From positions 62,001-126,000 of the forward strand of contig NMRA01000743.1 in assembly GCA_002633005.1 (NCBI GenBank): a stretch of 64,000 nucleotides of DNA, in the 5' to 3' direction. Numbering within the stretch: position 1 is the first letter of the stretch; the number at the start of each line of letters is the position of its first letter. Source of the DNA: Phoronis australis. Taxonomy: Eukaryota > Animalia > Phoronida. Position numbers and translations under genes: made by a program. Below the pieces are notes generated by a model that did not search any database, was not told the DNA's origin, and saw only the letters and a list, made by a program, of their open reading frames with translations. This document shows, piece after piece, positions 13,202 to 25,200 of this stretch.

Positions 13202-16200
13202 GTAATGACTTGAGTTCTTCTCATTGGCTTGCCTGCTGTGCCTGCTTTGGTGGTGGGCTTCTAGTCAGCTGTGAGAGATTACTTACCCTAACAAGGTCAC
13301 CACAAACATTTCATAAAGAGTTCTATTCTGCCAGCTGGTCTTGACTCTTGACAGGGAAAACATAATATCAGTAGTGCTACAATTATACCAAGACCTTTCA
13401 CAAACTGATTACAAGTTTCAATTCATTTAATTCTCCAATTACACAAACAAAAGTCACATAATGTTTTGTAAATAGTTGGTGTTTTGTTTCAGTGACGGAT
13501 TTAGAGGGGGGCCATGGCCCCCCTAAAATTCTCCCAGATTCCATTTGTCAGTTCAGGAGTGTGAATGTCTTGCGGGCAAAATCCTGGCTAATACTCTGCC
13601 CTGCCCCCCCCCCCCAACTCAAAATCTTGGATCCGTCCCTGTGTATGCTCATCAGGAAGTTACGCCAGTTCATTACAGACAATCTTGAGAAGTGACTGAG
13701 TGCTAGCAGCGGGAGAAGTCTTTATGAGGGAAGACCTTCGATGGCGATTGTGGAAGACAGTGTTTGCAGACAAACTGTCTTAGTGATACCGATGATAGAG
13801 ATTGTGGAAGGTGTTAGGAGGCCTCTGATATTTGCTTGTGGTATAACGTTTTTGAACTATAAAGTAATTTTATTGTATTTCATAATTTTCAGACCTTTGA
13901 AAACTGGTTTATGCCTGGAATACACCCAGCTAGTAGTCAACGGTTTATGGTCTTCTATTAAACGTAATTGAAGGCATTGTATGTTGTTTTTCCCTTAGTA
14001 TTTCGTCCCGATTGGCGCATTCCTGTCATGGAAGCTGTAAATATAGACAAGATGGCCGCATCAAAAACTTCTGGTGGACAAACAGAATCGCCAGCACAAT
14101 ATGTTCGGCGTCTTTTTCCTGAGTCCTGGATATTTACCGGAAGTGTCTCAGGGTAAAGCCTTTCACGGATCATACCACTGAAATTTGCGACTTCACTCTT
14201 GCTCGATTCTGTTCTCACTAACACATGGCTTCATTTTCTGTCGATTATAGCTTGCTTATAGTGCTTTTATTTTAAAAGGCAGTTGTTGATCAGTTCCTGA
14301 TAATGCTTGATTGCCTTTACTCAACCTTTAATGACACCATCTACACTTGGAGTAACTCTAGAACAAGTTCATCCAGCAGTGAATGTTACTAAATTTAGTT
14401 GTTCTGTGGATGCTGGTGCAACTTATGACTCACCTGCGACTACTTAACTCACCTCATCTCATCGAGGTAAGATAACTAAATGTTGTAGGGTAACTTGCCA
14501 TGGTGGATTGACACAGTGTGGTCACAAACTTGCTGACAAGAAGAAAATTGTTACCTACGAGGCACTTAAACTGTTCAAGTGTTTTCAAATTTTCGCTGAA
14601 AACTGTTTCTTTTTACTGATCTGAAGATAACGTTTAATCTTAATTTATATGCCATCTTCATCTTGAAATCATCTTTTAGAAACTAGCAACTGTAGAAAAC
14701 TGCATGTTTTTAAAAGGAGGCTTCTGAGTGAATCACATCACTCCCATTCTCATGGTCACATGACCATTGGTTTTTGTTTTGGTAAAAATGTTTTTGAAAC
14801 TACATTACGGAAAAGCCATTTGACCATCATACATCTAACTTTTCGCATCAAAGCTTTGATAAAAAATTTCAGAAAGCCTGTCTGGGATTTTCTATTACTT
14901 GAGCTCGACGCAATTTTGACAGAGATGACGGCAATATATACCCATGTGTAAAAAGTGGGTGCATATTGCCGTCATCTTTGTTTAGGTGTCCGGCGTCCGC
15001 AGCTGTATCTCCTAATTAAAACCACTCATAGGATCTTGATGAGGTGTGTCATATGTGTTCCTATGAAGTTAAGGATAGCTGACAGTGAATTTCGGTCCTG
15101 TCCAAATACTGATGTGTCCCCTAGTTTCAATTTTAGTTTGTTACGTTTACCTCTGCATCTTTGGAGGTCCTCAATGGATTTTCATAAAATTTGTTAGATA
15201 GGCATCCATAAATGAGATGATGCTATCCTTCCATTTTCAAATGGATTCGAGGTATTTTGCACCATCTAGTGGCAGGGCTTCATCCAGGATTTCGAAAATA
15301 GGGTGTCCAAAATGGGGTTCCCAATATTACAGGGCGTCCATGATTCCAGTGGCGCGTAATACCCCCACCCCCCACCACATTTCACCAGTAAATCCCCCCA
15401 CGCACACAGTGAAGTTTTTCAAAAAAATGCGAAGACCAAGGCTTTTTCATCTAAGTTTACAAAAATAGCTCCCCTGTTGTGAGCTTTTTTACTAAAACAG
15501 TGCGTGGACTAAAACTTTTACATCTAAATTTACGAAAACAACCAAGTAGCTTACCAAACAAATATTACAGATATTGGTTGAACCACGAGTGCACTATGTT
15601 TTTGGTGATCTCAAGTCAAATTGCTGTTCTAAAGCTTATCATATCATCTTAACTAGCTTTTATACTCTGTTTGTACAATGAGTCATCAGAGCTGCAGTTA
15701 CCAACACAAGAAAAATGCACAGATGATGTGTGGTGAAATTGTGGCAACAGGTGTCGCTGCTCCTCCATGTCATTAAAACGCACATTGAAAAGCGTGAAAC
15801 GGGTGCAAACTCGAAAACATTAAATAGGCATTTTATTGTAGCACAATATAGTATCAAACTAATGACATTTATTTCGCATGTGGTGTTTTTAAAAAGAAGA
15901 CGAAAAACATGAAACTACAGCTCTGTAACACCAGTTTACAGTCTACAAATGTCTGTGCGGTTATATTAAAGAGATGTGAAAAGGGGAATGAAAAGTAGAC
16001 TACTCTGGTAGACACTGAACAGGTGCTAATGATTGACATGTCTTCTCAGTAGTTGGAGTAATGCAACATAGGTTTTGTGTTTGTTTCTGACTTGAAGTGC
16101 CAACATTTCTTTCTTAAACTTTCATGAGCTTCCAGTCTTGCAATGTGGGTGTCCTAACGGGAGAAATTCTGATTGACTTCTGGCGTGCGTTCAGTAGACG

Positions 16201-19200
16201 CTAGGACCTACGCTAGGACCTAACTAAAACCTAGTCAAAGTCACGTGTTCTTATTTAAAATGCACGGTAATATCTCACGTAATCTCGTGAAGTCTTGCGT
16301 TTTAGCGAGGTCCTAGCATTACTGAACGGGAGGCTGGTGTCCATATGATACATTGGGCGCCAGGGCATCCAGATTAGTATTAGGGGCGTCCAAATGGACG
16401 CCCAGGATGTACGCTGGATGAAGACCTGTCTGGTGGCCATTTTTATTGTTTTTAAGTCTGTTTTTGGCATCCGCCCCTATAATGAACCAAACCACTCTAA
16501 GGAGGTGGGAAAATTGGCATATTTTATGTCCTTACTGTAAAGAGGGCAGCTGGCGATGATTTTCTGACCACTTCGACTTCTGTGGTGCATCCTAATGGCA
16601 GTTTTGTTTGTTTTTTGCACCCATGGCTGTATCTCCTAAATACTCTACTGGATCTTTATTAAATTTAGCAAGTTTACTTATATGAAGTTGACAACGGATG
16701 ATGACGACTTTTGGACTGATCGGACTATTGGTGTGATCTGAGTGGCAATTTTAGTTTTTACTTTTACCTCTGTCTGTATCTTCAAAGGCCCTCAACAGAT
16801 TTTCATAAAATTTGGCAGGTAGGTATCCGTTAGTGCAATGACGCTATCCTTCCATTTTCAGATGGATTTGAGGTATTTTGCGCCACCTAGTGACAATTTA
16901 ATGTTTTTGAGTCTGTTTTTTGCCGTACGCCCATCTATGAACCAAACCACTATAAAAGAATGATTTGTGAAAATTGGCATATATGTTCTCAGTGTGAAGA
17001 GGATGACTGATGATGATTTTCCGACGACTTTGACTACTGTGGTGCCTCCTAGTGACAGTTTTGTTTTTACCCCTATAGCTGTATCTCCAAAACTCTGCAG
17101 GATCTTTATTAGATTTAGCATGTGTATGAAGATGACTTTCAGATGGATCCAACGAACGCTGTGCCCCCTAGTGGCAATTTGATTTTTTTCTGTTTTCCTC
17201 TGTTTCTCAGAAGTACTGAAGGCTTTTTATGAAATATGGTAAATAGCTTTCTATTGTTAAATAAACGATTATATGTTCCTGGTTTTGTATAGATTTGATG
17301 TATGTTGCGCCATCTAGTGGCCATATTTACTGTTTTCTAGTCTGTTTTTATCGTCCACCCCTCTATCAACCAAACACTCAGGATGATTTTGAAAAATTTA
17401 GCGGGCTGATGAGGATTTTTGCGCAACATGGACTTCTGTCGAGCCACTTAGTGGCAGTGTTTTTTGTGTCTATGGCTATATTTCCCAAACCCTCTGCAGT
17501 TTTTTTTTGAATTTATGGTTCAAATAATCCCCCTAGATACAAATATCTGCGTTGCTCTTATTTAAAATTTAAAGCATATTCAATGTTTTGACTTTTCTCT
17601 AATGTGCAAAACAACTAAATCAATGAAGACTCCTTATGAAACAGATGAGAAACAGTTTTGACATTGAAAGATTATACTGTTAGAAAATTCATACAATGAG
17701 CTAATGTTTAATATCTAGATTTAATTTTCTCTAGTTGTCTTGGTCAACATCTTCACTCAGAGTACTATCTGCAGTCTTTGCAAGATTCTGTCTCGGACAG
17801 TGTTAAACCAGGTTCAGCTCTGTTCAAATCAACTCTCAGACAGTACACAATGCGTGGCATTAGCATGCCTCCTATGATAGGTTGCATGCGACAGTCCCAC
17901 AAAGGGACTCAATTATGTTCCCTAAGTTTTCAGTGTATTTGAAGACCTTTTGCAAATACTGGTTGTCATTTTTCCAATTTATCTTCATTACTACTTCAGG
18001 TTTTAGCTTTGAAACATGCTGAGACAAACTACATACATGTTGAATTCTGAGTATTATTGAAAATTAGTAGAGGAGTATGTCCTTAAATTAGAGGCTTTGC
18101 ATGAAAATGCTCCTATTTATTTCATGGCGATAAGGAATCGCTTTTCATATATATTTTTGAGGAGTATGTCCTTAAATTAGAGGCGTTGCATAAAAATGCT
18201 ATTCATTTCATGGCGATAAGGAATCACTTTTCATATATATTTTTGATGTAGTAGTCACAGGCCTAACCATAGAAGCTTATAAGAGCAAAATCTGGGGTAT
18301 GACTTATGTTTCCATAATTACCAGAATTTGTAATCTACTCTGAACACAATTGATCCTGTTGTCTCGGACTAATCACCCATACATTCATTGCGCCACCAAC
18401 AAAATAATTATCAGTTAAAGTCAGGTGTTTGTAAAATGCAATTACAGACTTGTCACCACAACAAAATTACTTATTGTGGATGGACTTTTGTTTAAAGAGT
18501 TCTAGGCTTGTAACTTAAGTCTAGCAATATCTTTCAACACTAAGGGGTTGTAACACTGTTAACCAGCAAGCTCCTGTGCAGGTCTCATCAATCTAATTTG
18601 GGCTGTTGAAGGTGTTTGAACCCAAGGTTGCACTAATGTGTATTTGAAACAGATGCCAGTTGTGTGAGCATATTTTAAATTCAAAATTTAAAAATTTCAT
18701 ATGAATTGTGAATATAATCAAAAGCTTAGCACAAGAAAAAAGGAATCGTGGTATATTTTTGGTCTATTCAATGATTCATGTTTTACTAGTCATTAAAGAC
18801 TGAATGTAAATATGTGTATGTGATGAAGACTTGTAAGACAAGCTCTAATTTTGCTGTCATCCCCGTCCACCTGCGATTGATCCCCTGTTGTATCTTTGAT
18901 GTCCAACCATGCTGGCTTTCATTTGCACCATGAAGGTACCGTGTATCAAGCTCTTGCCAACCTGACTGATTAGAGAATCAAATCCTGCTTTTATCAATAT
19001 TTTTGTCCACATTGCTCGATCCTCAATGCTTAAAACTGACTGGATTCCTTTGGGGTATAATTCAAATATTAAGTTCTTTTTGTGCAGTTATGTCTAAAGT
19101 CAACCTGTTTTGGCCTTAAAGAACCACAGTGTTGTCGTTGGAAACTATTGTTTTGGTTTATGTTTTGGGTGGAACCCTTTTGTTTATTTAATATGATGAG

Positions 19201-22200
19201 TTAGCGTTCTGGAGCCCGTTCCAAGAGACCAGCTTAAGTTTGATTTGTTTGAATCTCCAAACTTGAAACTTCCACATCTGGTAAGTTACGTCAAATTTAA
19301 GACAGCATTTAAGTCAAAAACTTAAATCAAACTTAAGATTATTTTCTTGGAATGGCCTTTAGAATACAAATTTAAGTTTTATTTGAAAACTGACTTAAGT
19401 TTAAGATACAGTTGTCCTAGTTAACGGGAATGGGCCCCTGAATTAAACATGGTTCAACAGACCTGATTTGAGTTCATTGACTGGTTCAACAGGAAGACTA
19501 GCCACTAACTTTCATTTATTCCTGTTGAAAAGTTTGCAATTTTGCCTTCACCTATTTAACACTGCGTGGGTCTTCAACAGTGCTGGCTGGGTTTGTTGAA
19601 CAAAGGAGTAAAACGCATGTTTTTTTGTTCAAAGTTAAAAATTTCTATTTTTAAAGACAAATTTCATTTTAATAGACAGTAATGTCAAAAACGGCTTGAG
19701 GTGTATGTAAAAATTTCAGGTTTACAAGCACGCAGTGTGTATTGCTGGTTTCTGCCTCTGTTTGCATCCCCTAACAAAAGGAGTCAGTCTGTAATGAAAT
19801 TTTACTTGCCATGTCTATTCAAATCCCGACCTCTAAGAAGCATTCAAAGTTAGCTTTTAGGATGTACATTATAGTGCCTCATTAAGAAATGCCTTATTGT
19901 GTTCAATTTCTTGTTTGTGGATTTTCACAGATCGTGCACTTTTTAAATTTCCTACTATGCTCATGCCTCAACCTTACATACGCCAGGCGTTCCCTGTATC
20001 ATGGGTCTGGACAACTAGCAGTGGTTATACATGGTAACAAATGGACAAAATGTTTTTTGTAACGTTTCTGTTGTCAATATTCTGCCAGTTTTAACATATG
20101 ATTGCTTTCAATACTGTGACTGGCTTGGAGTAATCGCATGCTGCAGTGAGGTTGATAACTCTTCAATTGGAACAAAACTTAACGCTTTAAAGGGGTGTTA
20201 ATGACGGACCTAGTACAGGTGAAAAGTTAAATTTGTGAACTGAAGTGCAACTTTCATTTACCCCTTTCCCTGTCAATACAATAGAGAGCCATCTGGCTAG
20301 GCTGCCAACAGGTACATGCATTTAGGCCTTTTCATACTAATGTCAACGCCTCGATGTTTTGGGGATTTGTGGTCAGTATGAATGGTAAACTTTGGTCCTG
20401 GACGAAGTTAACTGTGGCAGTTAACTTTTCAGTAAACGGGTGGATTTAACAGTGGAGCGTCAACGCTGCGGTGCCATATGAACGGTCAACTTCGGCCCCA
20501 TCGAAGTTATCGTCAGAGGCCACTGTCATCGTCAACAATTAAAGGGCAGTGTCACCGCTTATAATTGCTTAAATTTTGCTCAAATAATCACCAATTAAAT
20601 TAGAAATATTTTTTGTCAATTTTTGTGTAAATGTTCCCAATTTAATTGTCATATGAAAAATCTTAGCGTTACTCAATTTAATTGTCATATGAAAAAATCT
20701 TAGCGTGCACGCAATGCATCAGCACTACCTTGCGATTACTTTGATGACAACTGTAAGCGTGACCTACTCTTTTCTTCCATGTCTGATAACTACCGAAGCT
20801 GGTATGAACAGTTCAGTTAACTTTGCAGTTTACCTCGATGCTCCACAGACTGGAGTTAAGTCAGTATGAAAAGGCCTATAGTTTTATGACATCATGAAGC
20901 GTCCTTAATTATTACCTAACAGCCCAAGCAGCAGGACTGAAATCAATGGGCTTATTGTGTTCGTGTTAGCAAACTCCAGCTGTGGGATGATCATCACCCA
21001 ACAGTCAATTTTTACCTGGACTGGGTTCCTCATGTTTCATACTTTTCAAAGCCTTACAACGTTGTTGAAAGTACCCAAAATGAGCAGATGATTTAGAAAA
21101 ACTGACTTTGCTGTTTATTTTTGTTGAGAAATTACTGAAAAATTGTAAATTGAAGTTTTTAAGATATTTTGCAAAGCTACAAACAGGTGTTCAGAAATTA
21201 TGCATATTTTCTTAAAACGTGACTCAGTGTTGCAAAAGATCTCCTAGACTCTGTCCTTGATTTCACTGTGAGCTCTTGTAGCTGGTAGCCTCAGCTATTA
21301 TGGCCTCTCAGCATTTCATAAATCTTTAATCAGAATTTAATCTTTATTCTTAATGTTTGTTCAATGTTTTGTTAATTACATCCTTCACTCATGGTAGTTT
21401 GGTTATGAGTATTAAAGCCAACTTTATATTTGCTTTGTCTAGAACATTGTATTAATTTCAGTGCTGTTGTTTCATTATCTAAAATCTCTAGCTCTGTTTC
21501 AAAAAATCATTCACGTGAACTTGCAGCAGCTACTTACACCCCGCTTCATCCTCGATAGGAACAACTTCCTCATAAACCTGATTTGCGCACTTTCATAGTG
21601 CCATTTAGAGGAGTTAGTACACTGTATGACAGTCAACATGTGGTGCGGCTGGCTTGACCACGAGCCGGCTCGCCAAGAACTGTCACTCAAAAAGTTGATA
21701 GTTGGGAAAAGTACCACGAGATTGAAAGGTTTTGAGACTTAGCAGATATCGAAAGTCAGCAGTGAATGTGCCATTAACACTGGTTTTGTGTAAACATCAC
21801 CTGAGTGGACTGAACAAAGGAAATTACAATTATAATAATTCATTACTACATGTATATTTTAAGAGTCTAATGGAAATTTGTTTTTGATAAGAATTGTCTC
21901 CCTAAAGCATTTGTGCAGTTGTGTAAATCAGATTACAAATCGACAGAAATACTCGAATAACCTTTTCTTGAATGCAGAATCTTTTTGTGTTTTGTATTGC
22001 AATTGCAACTTTTTTGGTTCGTTCGCATGACCATTATTACAAGAAACTTGTTGGCACTTAACTATTTACAACGACTGCATTAAAGACAAGTCACATGCAG
22101 TATACATGATCTAGCCCAGTTGCTGGTCGTTTGGTGACAACGATTCTTTGATGCATTTAGGAACCAGCAGAAATGTAGTTAAGGTACCACTTGTCGGCAT

Positions 22201-25200
22201 TACAAACATGGTTAAACTGTGTACTATTCACATCGTGCTATGTTTCAGTGCCCCCTTTTGGCGGTGGGGTTAGACCTGAAATGATGGAAGATTTTGATGA
22301 CTTAAAAGTTTTCGATTTACCTCCACCATTGAACAAACAATCCACACAGAGTTCTACTAAATCGCAGTTTGTTCGAAAGTTCTTCCCCGAGGCATGGCTC
22401 TGGGCTTCTATAATCAACATTAATGGGTATGCCGCGTTATCCACTAAATACACTATTCAGGTGGTTGGTTTTCTTTTCCCTCACTCCAAATGCATTTCTT
22501 CATGTGTGTGTGTGTGCTTTACATTGTTCTGTTTCACTAACAGACCTGAAAGCCTCATTAATTCAATGGAGCCTACTTTATAATTATTCATACTCATATA
22601 ATTTACAAAACAAAAGTCAATCACTTTGGACTCAATATGGGTGTAACATCATTGTGTTTACCCATCGTCAGCTGATGGATTTGTCAATGATGCCTCTGAC
22701 CTTAGCCTTTTATTCTGAGTCAAGTCGCTTTGAAAAGCCACTAATGACAACCGCGGTAAACCCACTTTGTGACTGTCTTTAAAGTTTGCACACCAAAATT
22801 CAAGCTGAAATTGAATTTTCTTAGTTTTGAAGATTGGGACATAGGTGATTTTTGAATTGGTTGTCAAAGATCAACATGTTTTCCTTTTGCACTTGTGGCC
22901 AAGGTTTTTTAGGGATTTTTGTTGTTGCGGTATCTTTCTCAAGATCGCAAATGGTCTACAGTGTTTGAACTGGCACACAAACATTTTAACTGAAGGGAAA
23001 CTGTTGTACAAAATGTACAGAAAGGGCATTCGTTCTAGCAGTCTCCTTAAAAACCCAATGGCATTTACGGAAATTGAGAAATATTACCATCTGGCTGCAT
23101 TGAAAACTCATGGAAATTTCTTAGGGCAGAGATTCATGTAAAAATCATGGAGAATGCCCCAAGAAATAAAAAAAATACCTGTGATACTGGATTTGTTTTT
23201 TACTTATCGGTTGGCAAATCCTGACATTTCAAACTTTATTTACCCTTGCATTACATGGTGAGCGAAGGTCTCAAAATGAATCCAGTCAAGTCCAGAACCA
23301 ACTTATGCTTCTTTGGTCTTATCAGTGTTTAGTTCCTTACTACACCACCAAATTTCATGCGTGGCGTTCCGATCATTTTACTAATCTGAGACGTTATTGA
23401 GTAGAACTATGATGTAGTCAATCTTACATGGTGAAGTGAATTTAGGGTTTGTTGGGGCATTATTGACTAGTGAGTCTGTGTACTTATTGCCATATATCTA
23501 CAAAACAATATATTCACTCCATAAAAGTATATATTTTCTGAAAGAAGAAAACCTGAAAAATTTGATCCTGACTTTTTTCTTTTTTGGTTACGTGACTTTG
23601 TTTTTTTGTAAAATTTAGCAAAATAGTATGGTATACCGATACAAAAACCACAGTATCAGTAACATGATCAAGTCTTGTTTAATTAAAATGTCTTACATCT
23701 AAATCTTAAAAATGATGTTACAGTTTCCTAAGTTATTTCATTTCATGCAACTTTTTATTTTTTTTCACGGAAATCATAAAACCCTTGTTGATAGCTCCTC
23801 ATTCAAAAGTGGAACAATTTAAAAGCAATTCACGTGACGCTGCTTTGGAGACCAGTACATGAAACATGATATCTGAAAGCTTCGTATGAATCCCCCATCA
23901 GATCAGCCGTGAACGTTCCTAACTTAGCCTAGTTTGGACTTTTTTCTAGGTTCCTGCGAAGTCTCTAACCTTTCTGTAGGTGATATCTATCATTCAATCA
24001 AAACAGATACAACAAACTAAGCTAAAGTTTACCAACTGAAGGTATATTTATGTGAAAGAAATTAAAGGGTACAAATGGGGTGTGGCAGGATATACCTAGC
24101 GTATTTCTAATGGCAGTGAAATTTCTTTAATGGTAATATGTTTTCATCATGCCTTACTGTTGATTAATATCAGCGAGACTCTCGGTTAGAGTTAAGATCT
24201 ATCATAATGTTAAATCCTAGGTTAGATTAACTGGGCGCTCTTAGTACTTAAGTTTTCACACCTTTTCCTCTGCTGTGTGTACCTCATTTAACTGCCTCCA
24301 TTTCAGATGAGCAATGTCTTACTGGCTGAATTTTTAGTTTTAATTGCTTCTTGAAAATGCTTCTGCTAGCCTGTAATGCCACGCATATTCATCCAGGACA
24401 GCCTTGGTCAGGTTACGGTAATTCTCTACTTATTTCGCACATCCTTGTAAGTTTGCACAACAAAAATTATTTGGAAGCTATTGGATTGTTCATGACTAAT
24501 TTCGCACATGACTACTTGGTGGTAATTTCTAGCCAACTGCATCTTGGAAAATATCAACTGTAAGACTTATCGTTAATACATGGAATTCGTGTTTTGGTCT
24601 CTGTGGATGTTACATGTCATGTCTGTTCACACCAAGGGATTAAGGAATCTGGAGGATTGACAGATTGCGTGGTATTGCAACTTGTTCCTTGATACTCAAT
24701 CCTCATTTCAGCTTACTACAGTGTACATGTGATTTTCACTAACCAATGTTTTCTTGCGTCTTGTTTATCATTGTCTTATTTTCTACTGGTTTACTACCAA
24801 CACGTATTCATTTAATATTTATTTGTTTAACCCTTGTTTTTTGTTTCACTCTTTTTCATCCAGTGTTTTATTGAGTTGCCATTGTTACAAGGAGGCAAGA
24901 TTGTAATGTTTATTAATATGTGTATTTTTAATTTACAGCATCGCTTTTTTAAAATTTACTGATCTGCTACTTGGAAGTTTTTACTGTGGTTTATCGAATT
25001 AGTTTTGCTGTCGTTGTTGTGGCTTGAAATATAGAATGAACTAAGTTTGTGAAAGTAAACATTTGTTAGAGCCTTGTGAATGGTGCATGCAAAGTGCCTG
25101 TGTTTGATTTTTGCCCTCAAAACTCATTTTTAATTTGATTTGTACAGTGTAATGCGCTGACTTAAGCCCATGCAGCTATTCTTGAAGCCGTGCCTGTTTA

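Noticed and set aside
14399-14466. Possible exon ending at a strong donor GAG|gtaaga
   Set aside because: No FP/W motif, and phases 1 to 0 do not fit the cassette.
20930-21030. Short phase 1 to 2 frame [19 protein letters not shown]
   Set aside because: Poor donor (gttcct) and no R-x-x-F-P motif; likely chance.
21527-21760. GC-richer stretch after ttgcag that might be a decayed bait exon
   Set aside because: Multiple stops and no convincing motif in any single frame.
13051-22426. Bait exons as separate paralogous genes or assembly duplicates
   Set aside because: No other TEP exons lie between them, there are no gaps, the sequences are highly diverged, and all share phases fitting one downstream exon.
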